The notes under the pieces are model-generated. The model did no database searches, was not told the origin of the DNA, and saw only the letters and a list, made by a program, of their open reading frames with translations. The translations under genes were made by a program, and so were the position numbers. From Eledone cirrhosa (lineage: Eukaryota), in contig CAXHJY010000154.1 in the NCBI GenBank assembly GCA_964016885.1, positions 1 through 64,000 of the forward strand: a DNA stretch of 64,000 nt, given 5' to 3'. Shown here piece by piece: positions 1 through 13,296 of the stretch; the first letter of the stretch is position 1, and each line of letters opens with the position of its first letter.

Positions 1-2
1 CA

Positions 3-1400
3 TCAATAATGATAATAATGATTTCTACTATAGGCACAAAGCCAGCAATTTGGGGAGAGGAGAAAGTCAATTAAACTGACTGGTACTTTATTTTATTGAC
101 CTTGAAAGGACGAAAGGCAAAGTTAACCTTGGTGGAATTTGAACTCAGAACGTAAAGGTCTGTAACTTTATGTCGCAAAGCTGGTTGTCTGATGTTCTAT
201 CACATCTAATTTAGGCACAAAGCCAGCAATTTGATAGGCATGGGAAAGTTGATTATATCACCTACAGTACATGACTTAATTTATTTTATTGATGCCAGAA
301 GGATGAAAGGTTAAGTTGACCTTGGCAGAATTTGAACTCCAATCATAAAGGGCCAAACTAAATACCACAAGGCATAGTGTCTGAGAACTCAAATCATTCT
401 GTCAGTCTAACGCCCTTAATCATTCATCATCATAATTTTATGTCCACTTTTCCATATTTGCATGGGTTGGACATGTCCACTCTAGCACAGCTTGCCTCCA
501 CTTGTGTTCCTTCATAACAGCTCTCTGTACCTGAAAGGGAATGTGTGATCACTTGATGATCATCAAGAGGGTCTTGCTCAAGGCATGGTTAGTGCTAGTC
601 CTGTTTATGCAATCATTTTTAATATTGTAGGTTCTGTTAGTCAATAATAATTCTTTTTAACATTAACACAATGCCAGTAATTTGGGGAAAGGGTAAGTTG
701 AATATGTTAACTCCCAGTACTTAACTGATATTTATTTTATCGACACATGAAAGGTGAAGTTAGCCTTGAAGGGATTTGAGCTCAGAACATAGAAAGTTGT
801 AACTAAGTACTACAGCAGACATGTCAAACACACAACCCTTTACAAGCACACCTGTACAAGCACACAAGCTGTAAAAGCCTTTGTGCAGGCCTGCACAAAG
901 GCTTTTACAGCACGAGCATGTTTTATCTTTGTAATATAAAATTAAAAAAATTAGTTGTAATTCGTGCAATTAGTTGTCATGTGTGGCCCTCAGACAACAC
1001 ATATGTGACCCATGTGGCCCTTGGGGAAGCCTCAGTTTGACATGCCTGCCATACAGCATATTGTCTGACACTCTATTGATACTGCCAACCCTGTGCTAGT
1101 CAATAATAATGATAATTGTTTCTTCTTTTGGCACAAGGCCAGCAATTACCCAGTGCATTACTGGTACTTTATTTTATCGACCCTGTAAGGATGAAAGGCA
1201 AAGTTAACCTTGGCGGGATTTGAACTCAGTCAATAATAATGATAATGGTTTCTGATTTAACCTCAAGGTCAACAATTTTGGGTGAAGGGAAAGTTGATTA
1301 AATCGACACTGGTACTTTATTTTATTGGCTCCGAAAGGATGAAAAGCAAAGCCAATCTCGACAGGATTTGAACTCAGAAAGTTGTAACTCAGTTCCACTC
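3..1400 (-). mobile_element. Cluster of about 5-6 same-orientation tRNA-derived SINE copies with (ATT)n tails
   Basis: Repeated block ggcacaaggccagcaatt...ctggtactttattttatcgaccc...ggatgaaaggcaaagttaacct.ggcgggatttgaactcag (reverse complement contains the B-box GAGTTCAAATCC) near 30-150, 210-345, 665-790, 1130-1230 and 1260-1380, several preceded by (aat)n. Confidence 0.8.
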
Positions 1401-3353
1401 AACATTTTGTCTTGATACTGCCAATCCATTGCTCTGTGTTAGTCAGTAATAATAATAATTATAATTTTTCATTTTATTACATTCTTAATTAATTATATGT
1501 AAACACCCATTTAAGTTATTTGATTTTTTTTTTTTTTTTTTTCTTTTTTTTTTTTTTTTTCTTTCACATAGCAGGAAGATGTAGTAATATTTCCAGTTGG
1601 AATAACTCAGTCACTTTGGTAACTGTTAATGAGAAATGCTTGACAACTTGTGATACACCTAGCTTTAATAACTTTCTATTGTCCTACATTTTTTCTTTAT
1701 CTCTTCACCAGGCAAAGGCAAATTAATGAGATAAACTATTGCACTGACTGTTGTTATATAATCCAATCAGTTTAGCTAGAAATTATCCAAACAGTTCTGA
1801 ATCTGTCTTCGATAAATTTTATAATGAATTTATTTATTATTTTATTCTTAGTATACCCTACACTTTGGTGTTATTACACTTTTACTAGTTTCAGTCATTA
1901 GACTGCGGTCTTGATTAAGTCAATCCTCTTGACCCTAGTACTTACTTTTTGAAGACTGGTACTTATTTTATTGGCATTTTTTGTTGAACTGCTAAGTTAC
2001 TTGACATAAGCACACACATGGCACAAATGTAAAACTAAATATGCTTACATACAAGCATCTTCATCATCAGCCTTATTGTCATCATTTTTACACACACCTT
2101 TCTGTGTTGGCATAGGTCTGGACGGGATGGTTTATGTTAACACTTTATAGTCAGATGCTCTCCCTGATGCCAACTCTTTTAATAAACTCTTATGACATGC
2201 AGGAATACAGTATACCTACTCTAAAAACCAGATACATATGGCATACACACGCACATATATCATCATCATCATCATCATCATCACCACCATTTAATGTCCA
2301 TGTTTCCACGCTGGCATGGGTTAGATGAGTTATCTTGTTGTGAGCAATGTCAGGTCAGGTGACCATGTTTTGCTCATATTTACATAACAATATGTTAAGT
2401 TGTAATCTTAGTCATGAAATAATTAATAAAGTTTGTACATCCTTCAAAATTCTTCATTAATTAATTGAGATAATATGTAATTCATTCGGAATATTGTCAC
2501 GAAAGGGTTAATGATAGGGCTCCAGGCATATGTACAGTATAAACCATTATGAAGGTTTGCTGTGGCAACGCTTTTGCCATTTTGTCCATAGGGCACATAT
2601 GAAATATATTGTCCAGCCAAGAGCACAGAGTTTGTTCCCTCCTCATGTCTCCCCCTTTTTTTCCCCCATTTTCTCTATTTTTTTTGTCATTAAGGTATTA
2701 TGGACTTATTTTAAATAAGAGTAATTCTATTAGTGTGAATAATTAGAAAGATTTAAAAGCTGTATACAAAATATTTCATATAGTAGTTGTAATCTTACGT
2801 TCTAGACTGAAATTAAGCCAATATTTTACACAGAGGCTGTCTGTGAATATTTAAGCATTTAATTTTAATTTTTTTCAATTGTCATAATCATCATTACTTG
2901 ATGTCAACTTTTCCATGTTTGCATGGGTTTGATGGATCCTTTTCAGCTCAGCATCTCTCCACTAGTTGCAATCCTTTGTCATCTCTTCTGTGAGTTTCAG
3001 AGATTTGAGATCAACTTCTGTCCATGTCTTCCTCTACTTTGGCTTCCTACCACTGGGATTTCTTGGCACTTCTTCATCCAGCGATCATCATCCATGTGCA
3101 TCACATGTGCCACTGCAGTTTGATAACTCTTTTGAAAGCTAATTTTTTAGTGTTTAATCTTAAGTATATGTTAGCTTTAGTTACTGCTGTGACCTAATCC
3201 ATGAACTAGAGCCCTACTTCCCAAATTTTGTCTCAGAAACCTTATATGATTTTACAGAAACTGCAGAGACCTTTTACAATTTTCCTCAAAAACACAAAAC
3301 CCATACCTTTATCTTTTCAGACAACCACCATCATCCTAATTGTAATAAGACAT

Positions 3354-3551
3354 TAACTCTTTGATTACCACATTTTTTTAATGAAAGACTGCCTATGATT
3401 TTCAAATAATTATGAGAATTTGCTTGTTATTAAGCTGGAGTTTGGAGCATAACTTAAAGGTTTTTAGATAAATATAAACACTTTAAACTAAACAGTTTTG
3501 CATCACAGAATCAGGGCCAATTTTAGGCAATTTGGTATCAAAAGGGTGTAA
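3354..3551. mobile_element. Degenerate piggyBac-like MITE
   Basis: Ends ttaactctttgattacca and ttggtatcaaaagggtgtaa form imperfect inverted repeats. The interior resembles copies near 29670-29900, 32730-32975 and 33055-33280. Confidence 0.5.
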
Positions 3552-3825
3552 TGAAACAAAAATTTGTTTAGAGAGAGAATTTATTCATATAAAAGGTATA
3601 AATAATAGTTGTTTTATGAAATTCTAACAAAAGACGCTTCATGTCATGGGACCCCAGGATGGCTTTGTGGAAATCTCAGGGTCCTCAGAACCCTCATTTG
3701 GAAACACTTGACTAAAGAATATTTTGTGTAAAAGGCATTATATGTAGATGAAGTGAGTGCTTAGTGGGATACCATGTGAATCTAATGGATACACTTAGTG
3801 TAGATTATTTTCTTGACTTATCATA

Positions 3826-4160
3826 GGTGCAGGCATGGATATGTTAAGGAGTGTTTTGCAATCACATGATTTCAGGTGCACTCTCATTGTATGGCACTTT
3901 CTGTTATAACCTCAGTTTGACCAATGACTTGTGAGTGAAATTTGCTACATGAGAACTGTGCAGCAGCCTTGTGTATATATGTGTATATGCATGTGTGTGT
4001 GTCTGTATCTGTGTTTGTTTATGTCCTATGTGTTAGTAGTTTGACAAAAAGAGATCAATACAATAAATACCAAACTTTAAAAAAATAAGTATTGGGATAG
4101 ATATGATCAACTAAATCATATTCCTTAATCAGTCTAATGACTAAAACCAATAAAAGAAGA
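3826..4160 (+). mobile_element. Decayed SINE of a second family
   Basis: The motif gaccaatgacttgtgagtgaaatttg...aactg followed by (TG)n recurs at about 37165-37280 and 51970-52025. Confidence 0.45.
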
Positions 4161-4694
4161 ATCTATCTGGTCTTGACTTAGAAGATGGACATAACATTTT
4201 AATAATATTAACTGTAATGTTTTACACTCTGACATTAAAGCATTCTACTAGATATATCATTGGTCTTTAACTTCTGATAGAGTTTTAGGAGTGTTGTAGT
4301 GATATATGGTATGTCTTGGCATTTAAATTGAGTACTACCAGAGGAAGAGTGAGAAAGAGGGGGAGAGGAATAATTTACCCGTCCTTGACTTATACTTTAT
4401 CGACCTCGAAAGGATGAAAGGCAATGTTGACCTCAGTGGGATTTGAACTCAGACCACAGAGAGCCAGAACAAGTACCGTAAAACCTTTTATCTGTTAGCT
4501 CAAATGACTCTGATTACCATTTGTTGAACTGACTACTTCAAAATCTCAGACAATGTTTTTCAAAGTAAAATACTTTCACTATCATATGTCACCTATTTCA
4601 ACTACCAGTCTACTGCAGTCGTCTCACCTTTCTTTACAGCATGTGCTATTTCATTTTACAGATGCTGGGGATTGCTTGAAAGGCTTGTGTGTGT

Positions 4695-4730
<36 letters not shown>

Positions 4731-4831
4731 GTTTCTAGTCCATGGAATAAAATATAGTGCAAACAATATATATATATATATATATATATACAATATATAT
4801 ATATATTTTGAATATATATATATACACACAA

Positions 4832-5475
4832 TCATCATCATCATCATCATCAACTTTTAACGTCCGTGTTCCACGCTTGCATGGGTTTGGACGGGGGTAG
4901 TCCCACTTGAGGCAAGAGTGATTGTCTTGCTCGCATAGGACTGTCTGGCAGGTTTTCTACAGTTGGATGCCCTTCCTAACACCAACCACATTTATAGTGT
5001 GGGTCTGGGAGGTTTTTACCGTGTTGCCTACACGGCCACATTACAGCGTGGACTGTGTGTTTTTTTGTCGTGACACCTACACGATCTCATTTGTTTCGGC
5101 CTGGATGGTGTGGCACCAACATAACTTTACATAGAACGGGGTGGTGTGGATGGGGTGGGGGTGGTGGTGGTGAGACGGGGGGGTATTTTGTTAGAGATGC
5201 CTACTGGCTGTAGTAGGTTTTACTATGTATTTAGGTAAGGCGGGTCTTCTCTGTTACTGAGTACCGCCAAAGGTCTCGGTCCAGTGACATTGTCTTGGAG
5301 AGGTGTAAGTGTGTGAGGTCGGAGTTTATCAGCTCGTCCCAGGTTTTTCTAGGTCTGCCTATTCCGTGGCTACCGTTTATCTTTATTGCCCTGCACTTTG
5401 TTATACAGCTGTCGACTTTCATGCGCATCACGTGTCCATACCAACGTAGCCTTCTCTCGAGTAAACAACATCTGA
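4832..5475 (-). mobile_element. RTE LINE family A, 5'-truncated 3' fragment
   Basis: Minus-strand C-terminus (GRPRKTWDELI), shared 3' UTR and (GAT)n tail at 4832-4852; nearly identical to 36214-37076. Confidence 0.9.
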
Positions 5476-5677
5476 TATATACACAATATATATATATATA
5501 TATAATATTAAGGATACTATTTATAGTTATGTATATTTTAAACTATAAACAGGGAAGGTCAGTAATTTATTACTACCTTATTACCAGTAAGATAAATAGC
5601 TCAATGTAATAACATCAGTTGTTCTACAGAGCAGTTATATAGAATTCACAAGAATCAAAGCATTATACTATCAAAGC

Positions 5678-5843
5678 ATTATACTATACTATACTTGTAC
5701 AGCAATTCAAATTTAAAATCAAAATTAAAATTAAAATACATGCTGCAGATAACACAGATAATGCATTATCTGTGTTATCTGCAGCTAATATTTTAATTTT
5801 GATTTTAAATTTGAATTGCTGTACAAGTATAGTATAGTATAAT
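5678..5843. repeat. Near-perfect palindrome with arms of about 80 bp
   Basis: attatactatactatacttgtacagcaattcaaatttaaaatc...gctgcagataacacagataatgcattatctgtgttatctgcagc...gtacaagtatagtatagtataat, centred on atgcat at 5761-5766. Confidence 0.9.
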
Positions 5844-5903
5844 ATATGTCACTCCACTGTACATCAATATATATATATGTATCTGTATGTCAATTATATG
5901 TAC

Positions 5904-5974
5904 AAGCATTGAAAAATGCTCCGAAGACTCGAAGCCTAGGTTTGGATGAAACAATTGTAAGTGAATAAATGCTT
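5904..5974 (+). ncRNA. Degenerate type I hammerhead-like motif (U4C variant)
   Basis: tgct-CCGAAGA-stem II-GAAAC-aatt-GTA-agtg; palindromic ACAATTGT in stem III; outer pairing aagcatt/aatgctt; overlapping aataaa. Confidence 0.5.
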
Positions 5975-5998
5975 TGAACATAGCTTTGATTCTTGTGA

Positions 5999-6048
<50 letters not shown>

Positions 6049-6056
6049 ATATATAT

Positions 6057-7564
6057 TTGTGAGAGCTATACAAGCCATGTATAAAGAAACAGTCAGCAAG
6101 GTTAGAATTAACAACGAATATAGTGAAGAATTTAGTGTAAAAGTTGGCGTTCATCAAGGCTCTGTCCTTAGCTCCTTCTTATGTATTATTGCCCTTCAGG
6201 CTATAACAGAGGAGTTCAAGACCGGCTGCCCATGGGAACTCCTATACGCAAATGATCTAATGCTCATGGCTTAATCAATGGCTGAACTAGAGAAGAAATT
6301 CCAAACATGGAAGCATGGCCTAGAATCAAAAGGCCTTAAAGTTAACTTGTCTAAGACTAAAGTTCTAGTTTGTAGAAAGGAAAATGGGGCACAGGTACCC
6401 CCAGGGAAATGGCCATGCTCAGTGTGTAGGAAAGGAGTAGGCAGAAATTCCATTTTATGTCCCAAATGCAAAGTATAGGTACATAAAAGATGTAGTGGGA
6501 TCACAGGTAAACTATCTAAGAACGTAAACTTTATATGTGGCCAATACTAGGTGCAATAAGTAGCAAGTGCCCACAGGATACTGGCTCCTTCTATTGCCCA
6601 GATGGTTCTATAGAAATAGTAGACACATTCCGTTACTTGGGTGATGAAATCAGCAGTGGTGGAGGGTGTTCTGAAAGTACAGTAGCCAGAGTCAGAACGG
6701 CGTGGAAAAAATTCAGAGAGCTTATACCGCTGTTGGCCACAAAAGGTTTCTCTCTAAAAATGAAAGGCAGATTGTATGATGCCTGTATACGAACAGCAAT
6801 GCTACATGGCAGTGAGACATGGGCATTACGTGCAGATGACCTGTGTAGACTGGAAAGGAACGAAGCATGCATGCTCCGTTGGATGTGTAATAGTAATATA
6901 CGTGAACGGCAAAGCATAAATGAACTAAATGAGAAATTAGGAATAAGAGGGATCAGATACTGTTTACTTGAGAGAAGACTACGTTGGTATGGTCACGTGA
7001 TGCGCATGAAAGACGACAGCTGCATAAAAAAGTGCAGGGCGATCAAAATTGATGGTAGTTACGGAGTAGGTAGACCCAGAAAACCTGGGATGATCTGATA
7101 AATTCCGACCACACACTTACACCTCTCCAAGACAATGTCACTGGACCGAGATCTTTGGTGCTACGCAGTAATACAGAAGACCCGCCTTGCCTATGTACAA
7201 AGTGAAACCTACAGTCAGTAGGCACCTCTTAACCAAATATACACCCCAATCTACTACCCCTACCCTATCCTCCCACTCCCACCAACAGCACGAGAAAATG
7301 AGATCGTGTAGGTATCACGACAAAAAAAACACACAGTCCACACTGTAATGTGGCCGTGTAGGTAACACGGTAAAAAGTTCCCAGTTCCACAGTGTAAATG
7401 TGGTTGGTGTTAGGAAGGGCATCCAGCCGTAGAAAACCTGCCAGATAGTCCTATATGAGCGAGACACGGTTACCCGACCAGCCTTGCCTCAAGTGGGATA
7501 ACTCCCGTATAACACATGCTAGCGTTGAAAATGGACGTTAAATGAAGATGATGATGATGATGAT
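6057..7564 (+). mobile_element. RTE LINE family A, decayed RT and 3' UTR
   Basis: GVHQGSVLS, LLYAND (mutated YADD), Cys-rich finger and RLRWYGHV split by stops; ends in (GAT)n. Confidence 0.92.
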
Positions 7565-7589
7565 ATATATATATATATACACACACACA

Positions 7590-7620
<31 letters not shown>

Positions 7621-7630
7621 ATATATATAT

Positions 7631-7858
7631 GGAGGCACATGGCTTAGTGGTTAGAGCATTGGCCTTGCAATCGAAAGGTTGTGAGTTCAATTCTCAGACC
7701 GGGTGATGTGTTGTTTCCTTGAGCAAGACACTTTATTTTACATTGCTCCAGTTTACTCAGCTGTAGAAATGAGATGATAGGACTAGGGTCCATATCATTC
7801 CACTGCAAAGTGGTCGTGGAGGTGCAGATGTAAAATGAAATGATGATGAAATGATGAT
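7631..7858 (+). mobile_element. tRNA-derived SINE
   Basis: A box TGGCTTAGTGG, B box GAGTTCAATTC, core ccttgagcaagacactt...tgctccagtttactcagctg and a gatgat-type tail; flanked by (TA)n. Confidence 0.75.
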
Positions 7859-8326
7859 ATATATACACAATATATATATATATATATATACACAATATAT
7901 ATATATATATACACAATATATATATATATATATATATATACACGCAATATATATATATATACAATATATATATACACGCAATATATATATATATATATAC
8001 AGTATATATATATATATATACAGTATATATATATACACACAATATATATATATATATACAACTACTATATATACAACTATATATATATACACTTCCCACT
8101 GTCTCTCTTTCTCCCCCTCCACAGCGAAATGGACTGCATGCAGGAAAAAGGTGAAATCAGGAGTCAACGAAACTGGTCAAAGATGGAACTGGCGGTTTTG
8201 ATCAAGGGGGGGGGGGACCATGGCTGATGGGTCTCCACCAAGCAAAAAGATGGCGGAGAACCTGAAGAGCAGATAGAGAGAAAGAGAAAAGAAATTGAGA
8301 AGGCGTATGTTCTCATAGCGCCACAT

Positions 8327-9037
8327 ATGGCGATGCTAAGCCGTGGCCTCAGGGAGGAGAAAACCGAAGGGAGGGATGAGGAGAAGGAGAGGGAAAAGGA
8401 AAAGGAGGAGAGCACAAGCACGGACCTGAAAGAAAATGATATACCCTCCGCCACAGGCAGGGAGGGCAGGCCGGGCAACCAACAAGCTAAGGGCAAAGGT
8501 GAAAAGCGAAATCACCTTCCAAAGGAGAACCAAGCGCAGAGGGACCAGTGGACAACTGTTCAAAGGAAGAACAGAAAGCACCGAGACACTGGGAGCAAAA
8601 AACCCCAAGTAATGTGCAAGTTTTTCAAGAACGGGACATGCTGGCATGGAGAGACAGGGATGGGATGCAGATTCGCCCACCCTAGGTCTCAAACGAACTA
8701 TGCCCATCATACTTGCGCAACATGCCCCAGCCAAAGCCGAAATAAGCCGCTCCAGAAGTATGCTGATGTCGCGCGTGCCGCACCAACAAGGAGAAGGCAC
8801 GCACATGCCGACGAGATACAGATGGCAGCAGCAGATCAGAAAAATTTTTTAGTGATGGCAGAGAAGATTGTGGGACAGCTGACCTGGCTGCATCGTCTCC
8901 AGAGCCAGGGTCATCCACACCAGCACTCGAGACCACCGCAGTTAAGGGACCCAGAGTGGCCGCCGCTGACACCAGACCAGGTGTCATACCGACAGCCATT
9001 ACTGGCACCCCAAAAGTCACACCAGTGCTGCTGCTGA
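8327..9037 (+). CDS. LINE ORF1 remnant with CCCH zinc finger
   Basis: CKFFKNGTCWHGETGMGCRFAH (C-x7-C-x8-C-x3-H); overlaps the start of ORF2 in another frame. Confidence 0.65.
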   Translation: MAMLSRGLREEKTEGRDEEKEREKEKEESTSTDLKENDIPSATGREGRPGNQQAKGKGEKRNHLPKENQAQRDQWTTVQRKNRKHRDTGSKKPQVMCKFFKNGTCWHGETGMGCRFAHPRSQTNYAHHTCATCPSQSRNKPLQKYADVARAAPTRRRHAHADEIQMAAADQKNFLVMAEKIVGQLTWLHRLQSQGHPHQHSRPPQLRDPEWPPLTPDQVSYRQPLLAPQKSHQCCC

Positions 9038-11774
9038 ATGTCAGAGGCCTGGTGAAACTCAGCAACATGAGTAAAATTTCCTACTTGGGAGACTTAGCCA
9101 TAAGCAATCAAGCACTATGCATGGCACTAACCGAAACGCACCTGACAAGCAGTATAGCAGATGCAGAAATACATATACCAAAATATACTGTATTTCGTTC
9201 GGACAGGAAGGAGAGAACTCATGGTGGGGTTGCTCTGTATATCCGTGAAGATGTCACACCAATTGTACTGTTGACACATTCAAACTCAGTCTGTGACACA
9301 CTGATAATACATATGAAGCAACTACAGACAGTAATATGTGTCACATATCGGCCGCCCGATGCCCCCAGTCATGAGGGTAAATTTGAGGATAGCCTAAGTA
9401 GGATAGAAGAGGTCCTTGACAAACTGGACCAGGGTCTCAACATCCTACTGCTGGGAGACTTCAACCTACCAAAGGTCAAATGGCCTGAGGGCCACCTCCT
9501 CCCTGGAATGACGTCAATAGAACAGAGACAGATGGAATCCCTGCTGGCCCTCACACACAGGCTGTTCATGGAGCAAGCAATACTCCTCCCAACAAGAGGC
9601 GAAAATGTCCTGGACCTCTGTTTTACAAACAACGAAGTGCTCATCCACAATGTAAAGGTGACACCAACAATTCTCTCGGATCATAACTTAGTAGAGCTAA
9701 TGATATGTGGTCCAAGAGAACCAACAGAGACAAAACCACCAAGAAGCTCCGGGACGCTATCCAACCTTAACTTCTACAAGGCTAACTGGAAAAAGATTAA
9801 GAGTGAAATCCAGAAGCAAACATGGAGTGAAAACACCGCCACACAAGATACTAACACACAATTTCAACACTTCATGACAACGATACACACCATATGCAAA
9901 AAGTGAGTCCCGGAGAAAGAGGCAAACAGACACAAAAATCTTATTCCCAGAGATAGGAAAATCCTTATGAGACGTAGAACTAAACTCTCAAACCAGTTGA
10001 ATAGTCAACAAAACAAAAACAAGAAGGAATCCTATTTGAAACGTGCACTACTTGACACCGAGATTGCACTCAAACTTTCACATGAGAATGAGAGGGCAAA
10101 GAAAGAGAACAGGGCCATAGAAAACATTAAAACAAACCCTAAGGCCTTCTTTAAATTTGCAAAAGAAACTGCCTCAGTACACTGCAAGATTGGGCCACTC
10201 TTCCACACGGACGGTTCATTAACCGAAAATCCCCAAGAGATATGTGAAATACTGAACGAACAGTACAAAAGTGTCTTCACATGTCCACTGAGGCACATGC
10301 AAATAACGAAGCCAGAGGAGTTCTTTGATGCCACAACACTACATCAAGAAATGGCAACCATCAACCACATAGACATAACGGAGGAGGATGTGGTGTACGC
10401 CATTGATGAAATTAGAACAGACTCGGCTGCTGGACCTGATGGATTCCCAGCAGTTCTCCTAAAAATATGTAAGCGGGCCTTAGCAACTCCACTGAAGATG
10501 CTCTTCAGAAGCTCCTTGACTAGCGGTGTACTACCCAGGGAGCTGAAAGAAGGCACAATATGCCCTATCCATAAAGGAGGTAGTAGAGCGGAGGCCAAGA
10601 ACTATAGGCCAGTTTCCCTGACGTCGCATATCAGTAAGGTCATGGAGCGAGTCGTCAGAAAGAAACTAATCACTTTCCTCGAAGAAAATGACCGCCTGAC
10701 TAGCACGCAACATGGCTTCCGCCCAGGAAGAAGCTGCCTTACACAGCTGCTACATCACTACGACTGGGTACTGAGACAACTACTAGACAGCTCACGTGTG
10801 GACGTGATATATCTTGACTTTGCGAAGGCCTTTGACAAGGTCGACCACGGAATGATATGTCACAAACTACACGGACTCGGCATAACTGGAAAAGTAGGTG
10901 AGTGGCTGCATGGCTTTCTAAGGGACAGAAGCCAGGCAGTCGCAGCAAATGGGGCCCTCTCGAGGGAGACACCGATAACAAGTGGGGTGCCCCAGGGGAC
11001 AGTCCTGGGACCACTACTGTTTTTGGTGGCTCTCTCGGACATGCCCTCTGTGGTGCATGCAACAACATCCCTCACTAGCTATGCTGATGACACTAAGGTA
11101 GCACAGGCAATCAAAAACCCGGCTGACGCTGCCCTTTTACAGCAGGATCTGGATGCCATATACAGATGGGCGAAAGAAAACAACATGCAGTTTAATGCTG
11201 GCAAATTCCAAGCCCTACAATACAAACCTGCAAACACAAATATAATGGAACACAGCTACACAGGACCAGGAGGGACCGATATCCCCGTGTCAAAATCGAT
11301 ACGAGACCTGGGCATAGACATGAGCGATGATGCATCTTTTTCTTCACACATCATGAAAGTGGTGACAACATGCAGACGACTCACTGGCTGCATCTTGAGG
11401 ACTTTCCGGACAAGAGATCGAGACACCATGTTGACACTGTGGAGGACTTTTGTCCTAAGCCGCCTGGACTACTGCTCCCAGTTGTGGTCACCCCATAGTG
11501 TCAAACTAACCACGGAGCTTGAGGCAATCCAGCGAAGCTACACCAAGAGGATTGCCAAGATGAGGGAGACAAGCTACTGGGAGAGGCTAAAGGAACTGAA
11601 TCTCTACTCCTTGGAGCGAAGACGGGAGAGATACGCAGTGATCTACATGTGGAAAATCCTGGAGGGACTAGCGCCAAACTTTGGCATTGGGAGCTGGACC
11701 AACCGTCGAACAGGACGTCACTGTGTGGTGCCAAAGGTCTCGTCTTCCACATCTAGAATAAGGAGCAGGTATTG
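8956..11774 (+). pseudogene. CR1-like ORF2: AP endonuclease plus reverse transcriptase with one in-frame stop
   Basis: APE motifs LNVRGL, LTETHL, YRPP, GDFNLP, SDHN; RT motifs NYRPVSLTS, QHGFR, YLDFAKAFD, GVPQGTVLGP, YADD, SLERRRERY. TGA at 9904-9906 with the same frame resuming at 9967. Confidence 0.92.
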
Positions 11775-13296
11775 GACTGTCTGGCAGGTTTTCTACAGTT
11801 GGATGCCCTTCCTAACACCAACCACATTTACAGTGTGGGTCTGGGAGGTTTTTACCGTGTTGCCTACATGGCCACATTACAGCGTGGACTGTGTGTTTTT
11901 TTGTCGTGACACCTACACGATCTCATTTGTTTCGGCCTGGATGGCGCGGCACCAACATAACTTTACATAGAACGGGGTGGTGTGGATGGGGTGGGGGTTG
12001 TGGTGGTGGGACGGGGTGTATTTTGTTAGAGATGCCTACTGGCAAGGCGGGTCTTCTCTATTACTGAGTACCGCCAAAGGTCTCGGTCCAGTGACATTGT
12101 CTTGGTGAGGTGTAAGTGTGTGAGGTCGGTGTTTATCAGCTCGTCCCAGGTTTTTCTGGGTCTGCCTATTCCGTGGCTACCGTCTATCTTTATTGCCCTG
12201 CACTTTGTTATACAGCTATCATCCTTCATGCGCATCACGTGACCATACCAACGTAGCCTTCTTTCTAGTAAACAACATCTGATCCCTCTTATTTCTAATT
12301 TTTTCCTTAGTTCGTTTATGCTTTGTCGTTCACGTATATTACTATTACACATCCAGCGGAGCATGCAAGCTTCGTTTCTCTCTAGTCTGCGTATATCCTC
12401 TGCACACAATGCCCAGGTCTCACTGCCATGCAACATTGCTGTTCGTATGCAGGCATCGTACAGCCTGCCTTTCATTTTTAGGGAGAACCCTTTAGCGGCT
12501 AATAGTGGTATAAGCTCTCTGAACTTTTTCCACCCAGTTCTGACTCTAGCTACTGTACTTTCAGAGCACCCTCCCCCACTGCTGATTTTGTCACCCAGGT
12601 AACGGAAGCTGTCCACTATTTCTATAGAACCCTCTGCGCAGTTGAAAGAGCTAGTATTTTGTGGGCACTTGCTGCTACTTATATCCCCAGAACACCGGCC
12701 ACATGTAAAATCTATGTTCTTAGTTAGCTTACCTGTGATCCCACTACATCTTTTATGCACCCAAACTTTGCATTTGGGACACAAAATGGAATTTCTACCT
12801 ACGCCTTTCCTACACTCTGCGCATGGCCACTTCCCGGAGGGGACCGCCGCCTTATTTTCTTTCTTACAAACTAGAACTTTAGTCTTAGCTAGGTTAATTT
12901 TAAGGCCTTTTGATTCTAGGCCGTGCTTCCATGTTTGGAATTTCTTCTCTAGCTCGGCCATTGATTCAGCTATGAGCATTAGATCATCTGCGTATAGGAG
13001 TTCCCATGGGCAGCCGGTCTTGAACTCCACTGTTATAGCCTGGAGGGCAATAATAAATAGTAGGGGGCTAAGAACAGAGCCCTGATGAACACCAACTTTT
13101 ACACTAAACTCTTCACTATATTCGTTGTTAATTCTAACCTTGCTAACTGTTTCTTTATACATGGCTTGTATAGCTCTCACAAGCCATTCGTCGACACCTA
13201 GTTTTCTAAGAGCCCACCAGATAATGGAACGGGGGACTCTGTCGAAGGCCTTCTCCAAGTCGACGAAAGCTAAGTATAGGGGTTTACTTTTAGCTA
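11775..13296 (-). mobile_element. RTE LINE family A fragment (RT ORF 13258-12026)
   Basis: Open 410-aa frame with KAFDRVPR, GVHQGSVLSPLLF, LLYADD, YLG; lacks the distal 3' UTR and tail. Confidence 0.93.

Larger units (their letters stand above)
8090..11774 (+). mobile_element. CR1-like non-LTR retrotransposon (ORF1 + APE-RT ORF2), 3'-truncated
   Basis: Two-ORF layout with GC content above background; truncated at about 11774 where antisense RTE 3' UTR begins. Confidence 0.9.

Noticed and set aside
1520-1726. Possible host exon after a poly-T tract
   Set aside because: An acceptor-like context exists, but there is no recognisable protein similarity or partner exon; RNA-seq would be needed.
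7631-7710. tRNA gene
   Set aside because: A and B boxes are present but the acceptor stem is poor and the sequence continues into a SINE body and tail.
11775-11970. Novel C-terminal extension of the CR1 ORF2 (WTVWQVFYSWMP...)
   Set aside because: Read-through into an antisense RTE 3' UTR at a truncation junction; the same peptide appears from UTR copies at 4922 and 36304.
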